From Candidatus Uhrbacteria bacterium (lineage in GTDB: Bacteria > Patescibacteriota > Patescibacteriia > UBA9934), in NCBI GenBank assembly GCA_963822405.1, contig CAWGHH010000001.1, positions 151,296-215,295 on the forward strand: a DNA stretch of 64,000 bases, written 5' to 3'. A program made the translations under genes and the position numbers. The number at the start of each line of letters is the position of its first letter. The first letter of the stretch is position 1. The notes below the pieces were generated by a model that was not told the origin of the DNA, did not search any database, and was given only the letters and a program-made list of their open reading frames with translations. Shown here piece by piece: positions 41,109-50,368 of the stretch.

Positions 41109-42617
41109 ATGGTAAAAAAACTAAAACGCATCCATCCCATAGAAAAAACTACCCCAGAACCGGAGGTGGAGCGTGTTCGAACCAAAAAAGAAAAAGAAAC
41201 AGAGATGGATGAGGGGTTGCGGGCGATTTACGGCGATACCCCGGAGGATCTGTCGATTGTTAATCAAAGTGGCTCAAGACTGACTTTTTGGTTATCTAGA
41301 ATAGTAGGTTTTTTGGCTTTTGCGGCCATTATAATTTTTGCCGTTAGTCTTTTGGCCTCCAGGGGGTGGTTCATGAATCAAAACTTCTCACCTTTGACGT
41401 TAGCCGTAGAAGCACCAACTGAAGTGAAGAGTGGGGAAGCGGTGACGATTAAGATTCCGTATGAGAATCCAGAGAAGGTTCCGCTGGCCTCGCTTTTGAT
41501 TGACGTAAATCTCCCACCATCGTTTTTGATTACTAAGATGAGTCCTCTCCCAACTGACGCCGATCGATTGATCTTTACTGTGGGTAGTGTCGGCTCACAC
41601 GCAAAGGGCTCGATTATTATCGAGGGAACATGGATTGTGACTACGCCGTCTACTAACACTATCCAGGCCATTGCTAACTATAAACCGGCTAATTTTAGTT
41701 CGGATTTTTCTCAAATTGCTACCGCCTCAGTTAGTACAAAGGCGAGTGTTCTGGCTTTGGCCATTACTGGCCCTGACAAAGCAACTCCAGGTGCGGATGT
41801 TGCTTACACGTTAAAAGTAACAAACACGGGTACTTTGCCGGTTAGAGGAGCTGTAGTTTCTCTTACACCTCCTACCGGTTTCAGCCTTTCAAAAAGCGTT
41901 CCTGCTTCTACCCCTGGCGAGCGACCAAAGTGGAAATTCGATAATATAGATGCTGGAAAAGACGTGACCATTAAAGTAAACGGTTCTTTTGCTTCTGACG
42001 TTACGGATGTCCAGCAGATGTCCGCCGACGTTTCATTCCCATCGGGATCAGGTATAGACGCAAAGACGCTTGTTCAAGCTACGGGTATAGTTCCAACGGA
42101 TGTAACCGGCGGAGCTCTGCGGTTGACGCTTGTTGGCAACGGACTTTCTGGCGATACCTCAGTTGCGCCAGGGGAAGCGCTTAGTCTTGGCTACCGGCTT
42201 GAAAATACCGGCAAAACGCCTCTGACTGATACGGTTGTTACCTTAGATTTTCAACCAGCTACAGGCATTCCGCTTACTTGGTCTAAAGCAAATCTTGACG
42301 GAGGAGTGATGACAAAAGATGGCGTAGTTTTCGACGCGAAAAAAATTGGGATCATTAACCCCGCGGAGAAAAAGAGTTTCAACTTGTCGTTCCCAGTCAA
42401 GGCCGAGTTAGCCGTAACAGACGTTGATTCATTTATTGTGACAGCTCGAGCAGTTGTGGGTGGCTCGACTATTCAATCATCGCCACTGACAGTTCATGTG
42501 AACGCTTTAGTGGCTTTTGCCGCCTCGGCTCACTACTTCTCAACCGACGGCGCGCCAATTGGTGAAGGCCCACTACCGCCAGTAGTTGGCACTAGCACCA
42601 CGTTTGAAGTGATGTGA
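41109..42617 (+). CDS. secreted surface protein with DUF11/CARDB-like repeats, interrupted by an in-frame TGA at 42615
   Basis: N-terminal TM/signal; repeats such as LKVTNTGTLPV and LENTGKTPLTD; the same frame resumes at 42669. Confidence 0.55.
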   Translation: MVKKLKRIHPIEKTTPEPEVERVRTKKEKETEMDEGLRAIYGDTPEDLSIVNQSGSRLTFWLSRIVGFLAFAAIIIFAVSLLASRGWFMNQNFSPLTLAVEAPTEVKSGEAVTIKIPYENPEKVPLASLLIDVNLPPSFLITKMSPLPTDADRLIFTVGSVGSHAKGSIIIEGTWIVTTPSTNTIQAIANYKPANFSSDFSQIATASVSTKASVLALAITGPDKATPGADVAYTLKVTNTGTLPVRGAVVSLTPPTGFSLSKSVPASTPGERPKWKFDNIDAGKDVTIKVNGSFASDVTDVQQMSADVSFPSGSGIDAKTLVQATGIVPTDVTGGALRLTLVGNGLSGDTSVAPGEALSLGYRLENTGKTPLTDTVVTLDFQPATGIPLTWSKANLDGGVMTKDGVVFDAKKIGIINPAEKKSFNLSFPVKAELAVTDVDSFIVTARAVVGGSTIQSSPLTVHVNALVAFAASAHYFSTDGAPIGEGPLPPVVGTSTTFEVM

Positions 42618-42668
42618 ACCATTAAGCACGCCCTTCATCCGCTTGAGGATTTAGTCGTTACCGCCACG

Positions 42669-42983
42669 TTGCCACCGGGCGTTACGTTTGCGGACGGGGG
42701 AGCCTCAGACCTTGGTAAAGTGACCTATGACGCTAGCGCGAACATAGTTAGATTTGACGCTACTGGCATTACTAAAGATGCCACCACTATTCACGCCAAG
42801 TTTTACGTTAAAGCCACGCCGTCATCAGCTGATGTAGGCAAAGCTATGAAGTTGCTCTCAGGCAGCGCGCTTCGAGTGACGGATTCGACCACCACAAACC
42901 GTATAGAAAAAGAAGCAGACATTATTACCACCGCACTTCCGGATGATACTTACGCCTTAGGAAAAGGGATCGTGACGCAATAA
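42669..42983 (+). CDS. C-terminal continuation of the DUF11-like surface protein after the in-frame stop
   Basis: Same frame as 41109..42617. Confidence 0.45.
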   Translation: MPPGVTFADGGASDLGKVTYDASANIVRFDATGITKDATTIHAKFYVKATPSSADVGKAMKLLSGSALRVTDSTTTNRIEKEADIITTALPDDTYALGKGIVTQ

Positions 42984-44116
42984 AGAGCTTCGAGTGTTTT
43001 CTTTGCAGTTTTTTCCCAGGTAAACATTTTGGCGCGTTCTATTCCTTGTTTTCGCATTGTTTCGCGAATGGTTTGTCCGTCTATTTTGTCGAAAAGTATT
43101 TGAAGTGCGCGGGCTAGGTCTTCGACGTTAAAAGGATCGACGTAAATAGCGGCCTCACCGGCGATTTCCGGGAGGGAGCTCGTAAATGATGTTACGACGG
43201 GCACGCCCGAAGCCATGGCCTCGAGTACTGGTAAGCCGAAACCTTCGTAGAACGACGGGAATAGAAAAGCTGAGGCACCGCGGAAAAGTGCTGGCTTATG
43301 TTTTTCGGGCACGAAGCCGAGAAACCGAATGTCATCTGCAAACATGGCCGTCTTTGCGGTTTTTTTGACGCGGTCATAACCAAATCCAGGTTTGCCCATG
43401 ATGACGAGCGGGAGTGCTTCGCCACCACGTGACCGAAATAGATCGTAGGCCTCTATAGCTGTTTCAAAGTTTTTGCGTGATTCAATCGTGGCCGCGGCTA
43501 GAATATACGGCCGATTAAGATCGTAGGCGGCGCGGAAGGTGCGGTCAGACGGCTGTTCTCGTGGGGCGAATTTATCGTGGTCTATGCCAAGTGGAGTAAC
43601 CGCTATTTGATCAGTCGCAATCTTGAAGGCCGACTCCACGTCATTTGCCGTAGCGCTTGATGGAGAGAGAATTCGTTCGGCGTTACTAGCAAGCGATGGA
43701 ATATTCTGCAGCCGACGAACCATTTTATCTTTTAGAGAGAAAAACTTTGGGAGATGCAAAAAGCTAAGGTCGTGGATTGTAAAAATGTAGGGCCGACGAG
43801 TTAAAATTGCGTTATGGTTCGGAAAAAACCAAGCATCTATATGCTCAGGTAGAAACATGTCGAGCGAAATTGGTGTTAAGGGGAGGATGAGGAGTAGCGA
43901 GAGAAGCCTGTTTGGAAGTTTTGCCTCAAATATTTTAATATTATTTGCTTTGAAAATTGGCGCTCGATTTCTGGCGTTTAACGAGCCACTCAAGAATACT
44001 AAAAATTCATCTTGCGGTGAGGCTTCCGCTAGGGCATTAATTAATTGAAGTGTGTAAATGCCAACTCCAGTGAGCCGTTCATCCGTTAAGGATCGGCCAT
44101 CAATGGCGATCTTCAT
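42950..44116 (-). CDS. glycosyltransferase family 4
   Basis: GT4 signature sequence. Confidence 0.8.
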   Translation of the reverse strand: MKIAIDGRSLTDERLTGVGIYTLQLINALAEASPQDEFLVFLSGSLNARNRAPIFKANNIKIFEAKLPNRLLSLLLILPLTPISLDMFLPEHIDAWFFPNHNAILTRRPYIFTIHDLSFLHLPKFFSLKDKMVRRLQNIPSLASNAERILSPSSATANDVESAFKIATDQIAVTPLGIDHDKFAPREQPSDRTFRAAYDLNRPYILAAATIESRKNFETAIEAYDLFRSRGGEALPLVIMGKPGFGYDRVKKTAKTAMFADDIRFLGFVPEKHKPALFRGASAFLFPSFYEGFGLPVLEAMASGVPVVTSFTSSLPEIAGEAAIYVDPFNVEDLARALQILFDKIDGQTIRETMRKQGIERAKMFTWEKTAKKTLEALYCVTIPFPKA

Positions 44117-45206
44117 ATGACTTCCGGTGCGCGTTTTCTACAAAGGCGAGCAATTGCTTGCGGAAGCGTTCGGTGGAAAAAGTTTCGGCGTGAGCGCGGA
44201 TTTTTGCTGGCTCAAACTTATTGGCGTCGAAGTTGTTAATGGTTTCGACCAGTGCGTCGACGGTTTGCTCGACAATGAACGTTCCCGTTACGCCCTCGAC
44301 TACCGTTTCTGTTGCTCCACCTTTCTTATAGGCAATAACCGGCCGACCTGCCGCCATAGCTTCTACAACTGTTAGGCCAAAATCTTCCTCTTGGGGGTTT
44401 ATGAAGGCAATTGCGTCGGCGAAAAGGCGCGCACGCTCGTCATCGGATACTCGACCAAGAAATTCAACGGTTGGTCCGGCCATTTGCCTCAAGGTTTCTT
44501 CTGCTGGACCAGAGCCAAACACTTTAAGCGGAAGACCAAGCTTGGTGAACGCCTCGACGACCAAATCAAATCGTTTATATGACACTAACCGACCACCGGC
44601 CAAGAAGTATGTTTTTGGGTTGATCGAAATATTAAACTTAGCAACATCAACTGGCGGATGGATAACCTCGCTTTCTCGTCTATAATACTTTTTGATGCGG
44701 TTCTGCACCGTTTTCGAGTTGGCAATGAACAAGTCCGTTCTGTCGGCCGCAGCTTTGTCCCACAACCGGAGAAGCGAAAGAACCGGCGGTAGAACCCACT
44801 TAACAATTTTTGGTGCGCGAAGTTCCTCGACATAGCTTTGAGCATCGCTCCAGAGGTAGCGGGTTGGCGTATGGCAGTATGAAATGTGTACGCAGTCAGT
44901 TGGGGTGACTATACCTTTTGCAAACGCACTAGCCGAAGATATGACTACGTCGAATTCTGACAAATCGTAGCTTTCAGTCGCCGATGGCATGAGGGGGAGT
45001 AAGTATCGGAAAAACCGTTTACCCATTGGTACATGCTGTAAAAATGATGGGCGAATGTCCTTATGCCCAAAATCAGCCTTCATCGCTTCTTTGTCATAGT
45101 AAAGCGTGTAGGTTGGGGCTTCAGGGAATATTGCCTGAAGAGCTGAAAGAACTCTCTCAGCGCCTCCGTGCTGGATTAGATGGTCATGTACAAGAGCAAC
45201 ACGCAT
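44100..45206 (-). CDS. glycosyltransferase family 4
   Basis: GT4 signature sequence. Confidence 0.8.
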   Translation of the reverse strand: MRVALVHDHLIQHGGAERVLSALQAIFPEAPTYTLYYDKEAMKADFGHKDIRPSFLQHVPMGKRFFRYLLPLMPSATESYDLSEFDVVISSASAFAKGIVTPTDCVHISYCHTPTRYLWSDAQSYVEELRAPKIVKWVLPPVLSLLRLWDKAAADRTDLFIANSKTVQNRIKKYYRRESEVIHPPVDVAKFNISINPKTYFLAGGRLVSYKRFDLVVEAFTKLGLPLKVFGSGPAEETLRQMAGPTVEFLGRVSDDERARLFADAIAFINPQEEDFGLTVVEAMAAGRPVIAYKKGGATETVVEGVTGTFIVEQTVDALVETINNFDANKFEPAKIRAHAETFSTERFRKQLLAFVENAHRKSYEDRH

Positions 45207-45215
45207 AAGTTTTTC

Positions 45216-46616
45216 CTAATATGCCCCTTTTCTGAAAATAACGGCCACTGGTGTTTTTATGAGGATAATGAGATCCAGGAACGGACTCCAGTTCTCAATA
45301 TAGTACATATCTAGGCGGACTTCGTCTTCAAAGTCAAGGTTTGCCCGGCCGCTAATTTGGGATAAGCCTGTAATTCCTGGTTTAATTGTTAATACGCGTC
45401 GTTCATTTGGTTGATACCTAGCTACTTCTTCTGGCAAATGTGGGCGAGGACCGACTAGACTCATTGAACCGGCGAGTACTGCATAAAACTGTGGTATCTC
45501 GTCAAGGCTCCACTTTCTGATGAATCGACCAACCCGAGTCACTCGAGGGTCGTCGGCGAGCTTGAAAAGCGGTGTTCCTTCACGTTCATTGCCGTACTTT
45601 TTAATGAAGGCTGGATCGAACCGTAGTTTGTGTGCCTCCTTAACCATCGAGCGGAACTTCATGAAGGGGAACGGCTGGCCTCGCATGCCGACCCGTTTGA
45701 TGGTGAAGAAAATCGGCCCTGGGTTTTCTATGAAGATAGCGAGTGCAATCAGGAATTGAAGGGGGAGCGAGACGATGATGAGAACTAGGGATATGATGAT
45801 ATCAAACGAACGTTTGTAGATTGCGCCCCAGCCATCAAGTGGAGTTTTCGGCACTTCGATCACCGGTTTTCCGCCAAAAGTAAAAACTATAGGACGCAGT
45901 GTGCTACCGGGAAATAAGTCGGCCGTGTACAGAAAAGACGCATGTTCAACATCTGAAAAAGTTTTAATAGCAGTGATCTCTGATCGTTCGGCGTCAGTAT
46001 TTGCCAGAAGAATAAGATCCAGTCTGTTTTCGTTTTTTAACCGCTTTAGTCTTTCTGCTGTTTCTCCACTGAAGTGCGCGGTGTGATAGCTAGTAACGTA
46101 GCCAAGGGTTGGATTTTCTTTGAAGTAGGCCACCAGTTCATGGGCATCTTTTGTCTTTCCAATAACGGCCACGTACTGAACTCCAAAGCCAAACTTTCTC
46201 AAGGTGCGTTGAATAATTCGAACGGCCAAGCGCTCGATTAGCAGGAAAACCACGGAGAATAACCAGCCAGCCAGCACAATAAAACGAGAGTCGAACAGTT
46301 CGCGCGAGAAGAAGGCGATAGCGAGGACTACGGCAATGCTAGCGGAAGACGCGACCACTACACGAACCGACTCGCTCGGTATGCTTCGCGGGCGAATGGC
46401 GTAAAGACCAGAGAGTGAGAAGACGATCACGTAAATGGCGGCGATAGGCAGGACGAGCGCCAGGAACTCGCTAAAAGTCAGCTCAAAGGTTACTGGTCTG
46501 AACGCCGTAAATACAGCCGCGAAACGTAAAGAATACGCCGCTATTCCTGCCAGGAGCAGAGTTAGATAGTCAAGCGGAACAAACAAGGCCGCGAACGCAA
46601 GATCAGCGCGTTTCAT
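45216..46616 (-). CDS. undecaprenyl-phosphate sugar phosphotransferase (WbaP/CpsE-type bacterial sugar transferase)
   Basis: Multiple N-terminal TM helices; C-terminal PGITGLSQISGRANLDFEDEVRLDMYYIENWS. Confidence 0.85.
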   Translation of the reverse strand: MKRADLAFAALFVPLDYLTLLLAGIAAYSLRFAAVFTAFRPVTFELTFSEFLALVLPIAAIYVIVFSLSGLYAIRPRSIPSESVRVVVASSASIAVVLAIAFFSRELFDSRFIVLAGWLFSVVFLLIERLAVRIIQRTLRKFGFGVQYVAVIGKTKDAHELVAYFKENPTLGYVTSYHTAHFSGETAERLKRLKNENRLDLILLANTDAERSEITAIKTFSDVEHASFLYTADLFPGSTLRPIVFTFGGKPVIEVPKTPLDGWGAIYKRSFDIIISLVLIIVSLPLQFLIALAIFIENPGPIFFTIKRVGMRGQPFPFMKFRSMVKEAHKLRFDPAFIKKYGNEREGTPLFKLADDPRVTRVGRFIRKWSLDEIPQFYAVLAGSMSLVGPRPHLPEEVARYQPNERRVLTIKPGITGLSQISGRANLDFEDEVRLDMYYIENWSPFLDLIILIKTPVAVIFRKGAY

Positions 46617-46663
46617 AGTTGAGCTTATTTTAACATGAAAAACCGCCCTTGCGGACGGTTTTT

Positions 46664-47178
46664 CTGCTTGGAGAACTAGTAAGCCGAATTCTGTCGAGCC
46701 TCTACGTGCTTTCGGACGTAAAGATTCGTGACGATCATCTCTCTAGTTCTGACATTGCTGTCAGACTCATGCGAGCTACCTAATTTGCTCTTGCACCACG
46801 ATGGGTTTGCCGCACCCGTGCGTTACCGCGCGGGTGAGAGGAGTGGGCTCCTCACTTTTCACTGTACTTCACCATAGCTTGCGCCGCAGGTGAGTATCAT
46901 AGTCTCTGTTGCGTCTTTCTTGTGGTTTCCCACAAGTCTTGACCTTTGAGATTCTTGCGTTTCCCAAAGACTTTCCCTGGGCTTCCTGAGGCCTGTGGGG
47001 GACAGCGCGAAGCCGCCATCCAGTCCCTCACCGGCATCACTTTTTCCCGGTTGCTGTTAGCAACACCGTTTCTCATTCATGCATTGCTACATGAAGGGTG
47101 TTCGGACTTTCCTCCCCCTAACGTAGCTCCGAGCGTTAGCAAGGGGCGAAGTGGGGGCGATCATCTTGTTTTCCAAGC
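46664..47178 (-). ncRNA. rnpB: RNase P RNA, bacterial type
   Basis: P4 5' strand GGAGGAAAGUCCGAAC (rc of 47101-47123); P4 3' strand GACAGAAUUCGGCUUA (rc of 46679-46696), pairing with the bulged U; P1 GCUUGGA/UCCAAGC; GGUAACGC and GGGUGCGG blocks; terminator 46638-46663. Confidence 0.7.
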
Positions 47179-47184
47179 GAGGCA

Positions 47185-47213
47185 AGTATAGCAAAAATAG
47201 GCGAATATGTAAA
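47185..47213 (-). promoter_or_regulatory. rnpB promoter, TTTACA-N17-TGCTATACT
   Basis: Minus strand reads TTTACATATTCGCCTATTTTTGCTATACT; predicted start coincides with the P1 5' end. Confidence 0.55.
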
Positions 47214-47293
47214 GAAAAAGAAAGCTCCGCGTCATCTTACCCAGAGGGGGAAAATGCCGCGGAGCGGAAGGGGGGGACGGGGCTCTCTGCCCT

Positions 47294-47726
47294 CTAATCC
47301 CGCACGATCGGGCGCGAGAAAGAGGACGGGATGCTCCGCACGTTGTGTAACGGATTGGTCGACGGCTTGGGGGTCGGATCGTCGTCGATCTTGATGTTGC
47401 AGAGCTTGTCATCGAGGTCGTGAACGAACTTCGGCACCGCCATGGCGTACTGCTTCATGTTGTCGATCTCGGGTTTGTCAGTGCCCTCGATACGATCGAG
47501 GATGCTGCGGTACGTCGCGACGTTGTGGGGCTTGCCGTCGCAGTACGCACGGACGATGCCTTTGTGCATGACCGCGATCGACTTCCGCTCCCAATTGCCG
47601 GTGTCATCGAGCCGTTCGATGGTGTCCTCGATGTCCGCGAGCAGATGGTAGAATTCGGAGTCGCCGGTTGACGGTGGTGCAATGTCTGATTTGGCGGGAG
47701 TAGCCGTGATGATCTTTTTGGTCACG
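47294..47726 (-). CDS. hypothetical protein (GC-rich island), GTG start
   Basis: GGAAGG RBS before the GTG at 47726. Confidence 0.4.
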
Positions 47727-47981
47727 GGACCTTCCTGTGGTGGGGTTCTAACCGTTGTTGGGAACAAATTCCTTCCGGGGAGGAAGAAACGCTCGTAAAC
47801 GGTATACAAAAAATGGCTAACCGTCAACGTCCAGATAGGGTCACAGGACTGACTGCGGTTACGGGTAAGGGCGGGGCTTGCCCTGCGCCTATATATGAAA
47901 GCACCCGCCCGCCTGATGAGGAGTCAGGCGGACGGGCACAGAGTACGTCGTACGCGGACGACGTGTCATGGACAAGCGGTA

Positions 47982-48520
47982 CTAGGCCGTGATGAGCGTG
48001 CTGAGCGTCTCGGTGATGGCTTCAGCGGACGTCAGGCGATAGAGCACGGCGACGTTCTTCTCGGAGCGGATCTGGCGTGCCAGCGCCTCGATCTGCTCGA
48101 TCTTGCTGTACAGATCCTTCAGCTTCATGGTGAACGGCGCACAGTGCCGAACAAAGCCGGTGGTCAGCGTAAGAATGCGCGGGATCATCTCCCGCCGGGC
48201 ATCATCAGACATCTTCTGATCAAGGAAGCTGAGGCAATCATTGATCTTGATCTTCTCGCCTTCCTTGCGCCGTTCGCGCATCTGGGCAACGATCAGCATG
48301 TCCGTTTCGAGCTCAGCGCTGGTCGCGAGCCCATGGAACTGCCGATCCTTCTGCGCCTGAATGCGCATGTTCAGGAGCGCCAGGGTGACCTTTTCCTCGA
48401 CCGTCTTGGCGAACGAGGCATCGGCCGCGATTTCCGCGGTCAACTCGTTTTGCGCTTGCCGTTTGGGGTGGCGCGCAGGCGGACGGGGAACGGAGTCAGT
48501 GGTGTCGTCATCGGACGACA
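47982..48520 (-). CDS. hypothetical alpha-helical protein (GC-rich island)
   Basis: ATG at 48520; imperfect hairpin at 47911-47945 downstream of the stop. Confidence 0.4.
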
Positions 48521-48710
48521 TAGCGGGGTGATCCAAGGCAGTACTCCGGTGGGAATCCCTTCCGTGGGACGGTTGGGAATTGTTGGTTGCGCTCAGAAAG
48601 AGCCCCCAAATACTATAACTCGCACCGGCTAATGTCAATAATTTGGCTAATAATAGAAAAACGCCCGACCCCCGAAGGAGACGAGCGTAGAGCCAAGCCC
48701 ATTTAGCGAA

Positions 48711-48977
48711 TCAGTCCTTCTTGAGGACGTACTTCGCTCGTGGTTCCTGGGCGAGCAGCATTACGCCACTCATGAGCAGAAGCCCCGTAATTAGGGCAAG
48801 TCGCCCTGGCGTTTCCACCTGCATTCCCGTGCCGGTCATATTCCAGCTGACGAGAAACGAGTAGATCGCTCCCGAAGTGACCGAGAAGACCAATCCGGAG
48901 ACGATCATGATCACGAGCCAGCTCATGGCCGACCGCACGATTAGCTGCCAGTCTTTCTGGTTCACGAAGACCTCCAA
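48711..48977 (-). CDS. small membrane protein (88 aa)
   Basis: Two hydrophobic helices. Confidence 0.4.
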   Translation of the reverse strand: MEVFVNQKDWQLIVRSAMSWLVIMIVSGLVFSVTSGAIYSFLVSWNMTGTGMQVETPGRLALITGLLLMSGVMLLAQEPRAKYVLKKD

Positions 48978-48980
48978 GGT

Positions 48981-49157
48981 TTAGATGTCGAGTTTTACTC
49001 GGATAGCTTCGCAGGTCGGAACAATCGGCATTGCGAGTGCAAGACAGATCGTCTGACCGTCAATCTCGACGCCCCACAAGGAGTGGAGTCCGAAGAGACC
49101 GAGGAGACCGGAGATACCGGCCAATGCGAGTACACCGAGAATCTGGAAAATGGACAT
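48981..49157 (-). CDS. small membrane protein (58 aa)
   Basis: ATG at 49157 with GAGGG RBS. Confidence 0.35.
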   Translation of the reverse strand: MSIFQILGVLALAGISGLLGLFGLHSLWGVEIDGQTICLALAMPIVPTCEAIRVKLDI

Positions 49158-49303
49158 TTTTCCCTCAAGAAGAGGTTTGATTTGGAAGGGCAGGCGTAAT
49201 GCCTGCAGGGCAGAAAGAGGACTGTATCTCACGTAGGCACAATAACAATAATAGCACTTTTTGACCCTTTTGTCAAGGGAAAAAGTGCTATTTGTGGCTA
49301 GAG

Positions 49304-50287
49304 TTAGACTAATTTTAGGCCCAGTTTTTCTTTTACTTTTTCAATGTTTACGCCTGCAATCATGCTCGCTCGAGCACTGCCTTCTTTGATCACTTTTTCT
49401 AGCTCGTCGCGATGCTTCAGGTATCCTGCGATCTCGGCCTGAAGAGGGGTCAAGTGAAGAACTAGAGCCTCAGCGACGTCATCTTTTAGATCCTTCATGC
49501 CTTTATTTATGTATTCGTCAGCAACCGCGAAAACAGTCCGTTTCTCGACTAGCGACAAAATCGACAATAGGTTCGCGACTCCTGGTCGAGCTTCGTCATA
49601 TCTGACTGTCGGTTCAGAATCAGTGACAGCTGAGCGAACCTTTTTGCGAATTACATCTGCGTCATCCATAAGCGAGATATAGCTCTTTGGAGCGGGGGAG
49701 CTCTTGCTCATTTTCTTCTCTGGGTTGTCGAGCGCCAGAATCTTCGCGCCATGTTCGGCAATTATCGGTTTTGGGATTACGAACGTCTCGCCAAAGTCGC
49801 GGTTGAATCGTTCGGCCAAGTCTCGAGCTAGTTCGATATGTTGCTTCTGATCAACACCAACCGGTACGGCGTCAGTGTTGTACAGGAGAATGTCGGCCGC
49901 CATTAAAACTGGATAAGTGAAAAGACCAACAGATACATTCTGTCCTTTGCCGGTCGCTTTGTCTTTGAACTGGGTCATTCTTTCTAGTTCGCCCATTCTC
50001 GCCACACATTGCAACAACCAGCCAAGCTCGGCATGAGCTGGAATTCTTGACTGTTGAACAATGGTCGCCTTCTTCTGGTCTATTCCAGCTGCGAGATACG
50101 CCGCTGTCGCAAATGCGATGTTGTTGCTCAGTTCGACGGGATTCTGCGGAACTGTGATTGCATGTAGATCAACAATCAGCATGGTCAGGTCATGTTCTTT
50201 CTGGAGTTCGACCGCCGGTTTCAGCGCGCCAAAGTAATTGCCGATGTGTAATATATTCGTTGGTTGAATTCCAGAAAGAATACGCAT
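49304..50287 (-). CDS. trpS: tryptophanyl-tRNA synthetase
   Basis: HIGH motif HIGNYFGAL and KMSKS. Confidence 0.9.
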   Translation of the reverse strand: MRILSGIQPTNILHIGNYFGALKPAVELQKEHDLTMLIVDLHAITVPQNPVELSNNIAFATAAYLAAGIDQKKATIVQQSRIPAHAELGWLLQCVARMGELERMTQFKDKATGKGQNVSVGLFTYPVLMAADILLYNTDAVPVGVDQKQHIELARDLAERFNRDFGETFVIPKPIIAEHGAKILALDNPEKKMSKSSPAPKSYISLMDDADVIRKKVRSAVTDSEPTVRYDEARPGVANLLSILSLVEKRTVFAVADEYINKGMKDLKDDVAEALVLHLTPLQAEIAGYLKHRDELEKVIKEGSARASMIAGVNIEKVKEKLGLKLV

Positions 50288-50368
50288 AGATATAGTCTAG
50301 TTCTCACGCAGTTTATCTCATTTACGGTATCTAAAGCAAAAGAGCCCTGTGTGGGCTCTTTTAACTTT

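Noticed and set aside
42615-42617. In-frame TGA as evidence for the alternative genetic code 25 (TGA = Gly), known in some CPR lineages
   Set aside because: ileS (956 aa), trpS, rnj and the other long genes terminate or stay intact under the standard code, with TGA used as a stop. A single in-frame TGA is better explained by a nonsense mutation or sequencing error.
46946-47412. ORFs 46946..47191 (+) and 47161..47412 (-)
   Set aside because: They overlap the RNase P RNA gene and its promoter, and have no RBS or start context. The region is better explained as rnpB.
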